From the NCBI GenBank assembly GCA_965206595.1, contig OZ242214.1, forward strand, positions 4,832,001-4,896,000: 64,000 nucleotides of DNA. Reading direction: 5' to 3'. Position 1 is the first letter of the stretch. Each line of letters starts with the position of its first letter. The position numbers and the translations under genes were made by a program. Origin of the DNA: Candidatus Latescibacterota bacterium (lineage in GTDB: Bacteria; Latescibacterota; UBA2968; UBA8231). The notes below the pieces were generated by a model that had not been told where the DNA came from, ran no database searches, and saw only the letters and a program-made list of their open reading frames with translations. Below, one piece after another: positions 60,700 through 64,000 of this stretch.

Positions 60700-61548
60700 C
60701 TATCGTCGCGGCTTCGGAAGCAGTTCCTGCCTCCACTCGTCGATGATCTCCCCGTCTGCCGAGACCGCCTCCCCGAGAATGGTCGAATCCTCGAGAGCGA
60801 ATCGCACATAGCTCTGCCGCTCGTCGAAGGCGATCCTGTACTCGCCCGGCTTTTCGTCCATGTCGTCGAAGAAGATATCGGAGGCGCTCGTCATGACCTG
60901 CGTCAACCTCCTGCAGCGGGCTCGCTCGTAGGCGTGCAGGTGACCGCACAGGTACAGGTCGACGCCCGCCTCGAGCAGCATCGGAAGCAGTAAACCGGTG
61001 TCCCCCGGTTCCTTGTCGCGAAGCACGGAGTGTTCGAGCAGCCAGGATGGAACCAGAACCGGATAGTGCCCTGCCACTACCGTGCATCGCGCCCGCCTCG
61101 CCGCCCGCAGATCCCGCCGCAGCCAGCGCGCCTGCGCCCTGTCGGAAAAACCGCCGCGATGCCTGCCGTCGAGGACATCGAGGATGGCGACATGGACGCC
61201 GCCGATCGTTCTGGCATGCCAGGTCCGCCGACCCTGGCGTCCGACTTGGCGCAGATACTCCTCCGATGAAGGACTGGATCCGGTCTGATCGTGGTTGCCG
61301 ACAGTCGATATCAACGGGCACAGCCTCTCCAGGGGCTTGGTGACGCGGTGATAAGCCGCCCACATGAGGGCGACTCTCTCGGCTTCCTCCGGTTCGTCGG
61401 TCACGGCGCCGGCCACGTGGTCGCCGCCGTCGATGACGAAGTCGGGTTTTTCAGCGGCGACCCGCTCGATCAACAGACGCCGACGCTCCTCGTGCTCGCG
61501 GTCGTCCGGTTTCAGCTGCAGGTCGCTGACGAAGATCCAGCGCGCCAT
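60700..61548 (-). CDS. Calcineurin-like metallophosphoesterase
   Basis: SDLQ, GGDHV, GNHD, GHYP, GHLHAYER; GAGGAG RBS. Confidence 0.88.
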   Translation of the reverse strand: MARWIFVSDLQLKPDDREHEERRRLLIERVAAEKPDFVIDGGDHVAGAVTDEPEEAERVALMWAAYHRVTKPLERLCPLISTVGNHDQTGSSPSSEEYLRQVGRQGRRTWHARTIGGVHVAILDVLDGRHRGGFSDRAQARWLRRDLRAARRARCTVVAGHYPVLVPSWLLEHSVLRDKEPGDTGLLLPMLLEAGVDLYLCGHLHAYERARCRRLTQVMTSASDIFFDDMDEKPGEYRIAFDERQSYVRFALEDSTILGEAVSADGEIIDEWRQELLPKPRR

Positions 61549-61693
61549 GGGTCTCCTCTCCGGGGCATTCCGGTTTCGAGAACTCGGGACGATCACTTCG
61601 ACTCCTCAGGGCACGAAGAACCGGAAGCACTAAAGTAGCGAGTACGCCTGGAACGGGAACCGCACCATCAGGTTCCCGGAGGTTCACTCTCTC

Positions 61694-63865
61694 TCAGCAG
61701 CGGCGCGTCCACTCGCTCAGGCGTCCCCGCCAGGGCTCGAACCAAGCCTTGCACTGCGCCAGCGATTCCGCGGCGACCAGCAGGGTGACGAAAGCCCGCG
61801 CCCTCTGCGGATCGGTGGTGAACAGCACCCCCCTCGATATCAGATCCCCCTCCGCTGTCGTTTGGATCGGGTGGCGCCGCCGCATCTCCCGGGCGAAGGC
61901 ATCGGCATTCTCGAAACCGGCTGCCTCGATATCGCGGACCCGCAGCATCAGCCAGAGGGCGGCGCCGGCCGCATGGACGCGCCGCGCCAGCTCCAGAGCA
62001 ACCGTGCCCATCGTCATGCGCGGATTCACCTCGATCACAGGCTTCAGCCTTAGCCGGCCGCCCGCCCGGTAGACCAGCGCGTCCACCCCGAGGGGCCCGC
62101 AAAAACCGGCTGCCTCCAGCCCGGGTTCCATGTGCCCGGCCAACTCTTCGTACAGACGCCGCAGGCGCCGGCTGTCGCGGCCGTCCCCGTACAGGAACCG
62201 GCGGGCGCCCTCGTCGAGCCCGGCTACCTTGCCGTGCAGGAAGGAGCCGAGGTACTGTCCGCGGCCGTCGGTGATGAACCTGGTAATGCCGAGCAGGCCG
62301 GCCTTCCCGTCTGCCCCGACCTCGTACTGGGCCGACAGGTCGGCCACCCCTTCCAGCAGCGGTTCGACAACCACGGCCCCTTGCTCCGCCAGCAGCCGCT
62401 CCACCCGACGCCATTTCGCTCCGTCCAGGCCGCCCTCCGCGTCTCCGGGATCCGCCGCGGTTTCGAGCCGGACCTGTCCGCGACCGGCAGCGCCGAAAGG
62501 AGCCTTGATCACGGCGCGGTTCCAGCCCCGTTCCCGCAGCAAGGCGAGCGCTTTTCCGACCTCTCCCGCGGACCCGCACCCCTGCCCGGCAACGTCGGGG
62601 CCGCACAGCCAGTCCTCCCGCCGGTCCTTGAGGAATTCCGCGAGCAAGGCCGCGCTCCATTCCTTTGAGTACAGCCGGCGCAGGGCGCTGCTCCACGCCG
62701 GAGCCTGCCCGGGACCGGCGACGTTGGCTCTAAGCGGTGCCAGCAGCTGCTCGCTGTCGGGGGCGACCCCCCATGGACGCAGGGCCTGGAGCTTGCGCCC
62801 TGAAAGCGGATGGCCGCCAAGCCCCTCCGGGGTGCTGTCGAACAGGGCGAACTCCGGAATCTCCAGTCCGGCGGCCTGCAGCTCCGACAAGTGCTCCCGC
62901 CGCGGCCGGCGCCTGACGAGGAGGACGTCTCCGGCGGCGCAGCCCAGGGCCGGCACCGTCTCCAGGTCTTCGGCCACCTGCGCCATCCACTTCGGCGGCG
63001 TCTGCACGGCGTCCAGGCCGGCGCAGCGGTCGCATGCCGGGTTGAACCAGAACACCGAGGGGCGCCGGCCCCGCGACTGGGAGTGGACCTGCAGCTCGCC
63101 GATGAAGGCCTCGGAAAGGCCCGCCTTCCTGCGCCCCTCGGCGTTGAAGCGGATTCCCTTGGCGCGGCCCGGGTCCAGCGGCGGCGCCAGGGCCCGGGTG
63201 TACGCCTCCCACTCGCCGAGGGCCGGGTCGCGCCAGCTGTTGAACCAGGTCAGGCCGTGCTTCACGTGGCCGATCTCGTCGCGGTAGATGCGCTCCATCA
63301 ACTGCGCCGTCTCCGCGTCCCCGAGCTCGCCGTACACCGAAGCGTAGTACGGGGCGTAGTCGAGGTTGGCCTGCTCCAGAGTGAGGCTGAGGCGGGTGAC
63401 GAACTCGATCGGCGTCGCCACCGGCGAGATGCAGCGCCAGAAAAAGTCGCTGACCGGGATCTCCCCGAACTCGACGCCGATGCCGCGCATGCGCTCGATG
63501 TAGAGGCGCAGGTGCTCCTGCTCCTCCCGCAGGATGCCGTAGAGGCCGCGCCGGAACTTCTCCGGGGCGTCGGGAAACTTCAGCAGCGCCAGCGCCATCA
63601 GCTCGATGGCGAGAAGCTCGTGGTTGGCGAAGAAATGCAGGACGAGGCCGCGCTCCTTTTCGCTGTGGAACCCCCGCACCTCGCGGAAGCGGACGCGGTC
63701 GCGATCGTTCCAGCCGCCCAGTGCCAGGGACAGGGGACGCCCCGGTTCACTTGGCGCGGCGATGGCGCTGCCCGGGTCGCGGCCTCGATAGCGGCCGCCG
63801 TCGATCAGCTTGTCCTCGAGGGTGGTGCCGAAGAGCACCTGTTCGGCGAATTCCCTGGTTTCCAT
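61694..63865 (-). CDS. DUF455 ferritin-like diiron domain fused to an ATP-grasp domain
   Basis: HFFANHEL..EL, EEQEH, LEQANLD, DEIGHV; then IKAPFGAAGRG, VVEP, GPLGVD, EVNPRMT. Confidence 0.8.
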   Translation of the reverse strand: METREFAEQVLFGTTLEDKLIDGGRYRGRDPGSAIAAPSEPGRPLSLALGGWNDRDRVRFREVRGFHSEKERGLVLHFFANHELLAIELMALALLKFPDAPEKFRRGLYGILREEQEHLRLYIERMRGIGVEFGEIPVSDFFWRCISPVATPIEFVTRLSLTLEQANLDYAPYYASVYGELGDAETAQLMERIYRDEIGHVKHGLTWFNSWRDPALGEWEAYTRALAPPLDPGRAKGIRFNAEGRRKAGLSEAFIGELQVHSQSRGRRPSVFWFNPACDRCAGLDAVQTPPKWMAQVAEDLETVPALGCAAGDVLLVRRRPRREHLSELQAAGLEIPEFALFDSTPEGLGGHPLSGRKLQALRPWGVAPDSEQLLAPLRANVAGPGQAPAWSSALRRLYSKEWSAALLAEFLKDRREDWLCGPDVAGQGCGSAGEVGKALALLRERGWNRAVIKAPFGAAGRGQVRLETAADPGDAEGGLDGAKWRRVERLLAEQGAVVVEPLLEGVADLSAQYEVGADGKAGLLGITRFITDGRGQYLGSFLHGKVAGLDEGARRFLYGDGRDSRRLRRLYEELAGHMEPGLEAAGFCGPLGVDALVYRAGGRLRLKPVIEVNPRMTMGTVALELARRVHAAGAALWLMLRVRDIEAAGFENADAFAREMRRRHPIQTTAEGDLISRGVLFTTDPQRARAFVTLLVAAESLAQCKAWFEPWRGRLSEWTRRC

Positions 63866-64000
63866 GGTGTCGTCGCGCGAGCAAAATAGGCGGTCACGCC
63901 GACATAACCCGTAAATTCCCGGTGGGGGAATATTCCGTCCTGCATGCCCACCAACGGGAGGTTAGGAGGCAAATTCAGACTGGGGTTGAGGCGGAGCCCC

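Noticed and set aside
1114-63889. Many long Arg/Pro/Gly-rich overlapping or antisense ORFs in the track
   Set aside because: Expected shadow ORFs in high-GC DNA, opposite or out of frame with motif-bearing genes.

Overview
GC-rich bacterial window, mostly catabolic genes with strong paralogue expansion: 7 PhyH-type Fe(II)/2OG dioxygenases, 4 ThDP-dependent enzymes, 2 UxuA-family dehydratases and 2 full plus 1 partial DUF6785-type membrane proteins. Housekeeping-type genes include msrB, eda, rpoZ, ahcY, galM, melA and dpaL. The gene repertoire resembles Latescibacterota/Poribacteria-like lineages (inference only). A lower-GC decayed defence/mobile island at about 40.7-49.6 kb holds a SAMHD1-like HD hydrolase with a YwgA/Panacea-like partner, an MNT-HEPN remnant, a cas3 truncated by head-on fusion to a tyrosine recombinase stub, a RelE module with an unannotated antitoxin, a 15-bp tandem repeat of start-stop minigenes and an IS1595 remnant. 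No CRISPR array, rRNA or complete tRNA was seen. Top leads: two PhyH paralogues with HxG instead of HxD (halogenase-type signature), a diiron ferritin-like (DUF455) plus ATP-grasp fusion, the HD/partner pair, a recurring pattern of collapsed genes and a candidate structured ncRNA at about 22.3-22.7 kb. Several single-base homopolymer frameshifts may be sequencing errors. All family calls come from motif recognition by eye; no searches were run.
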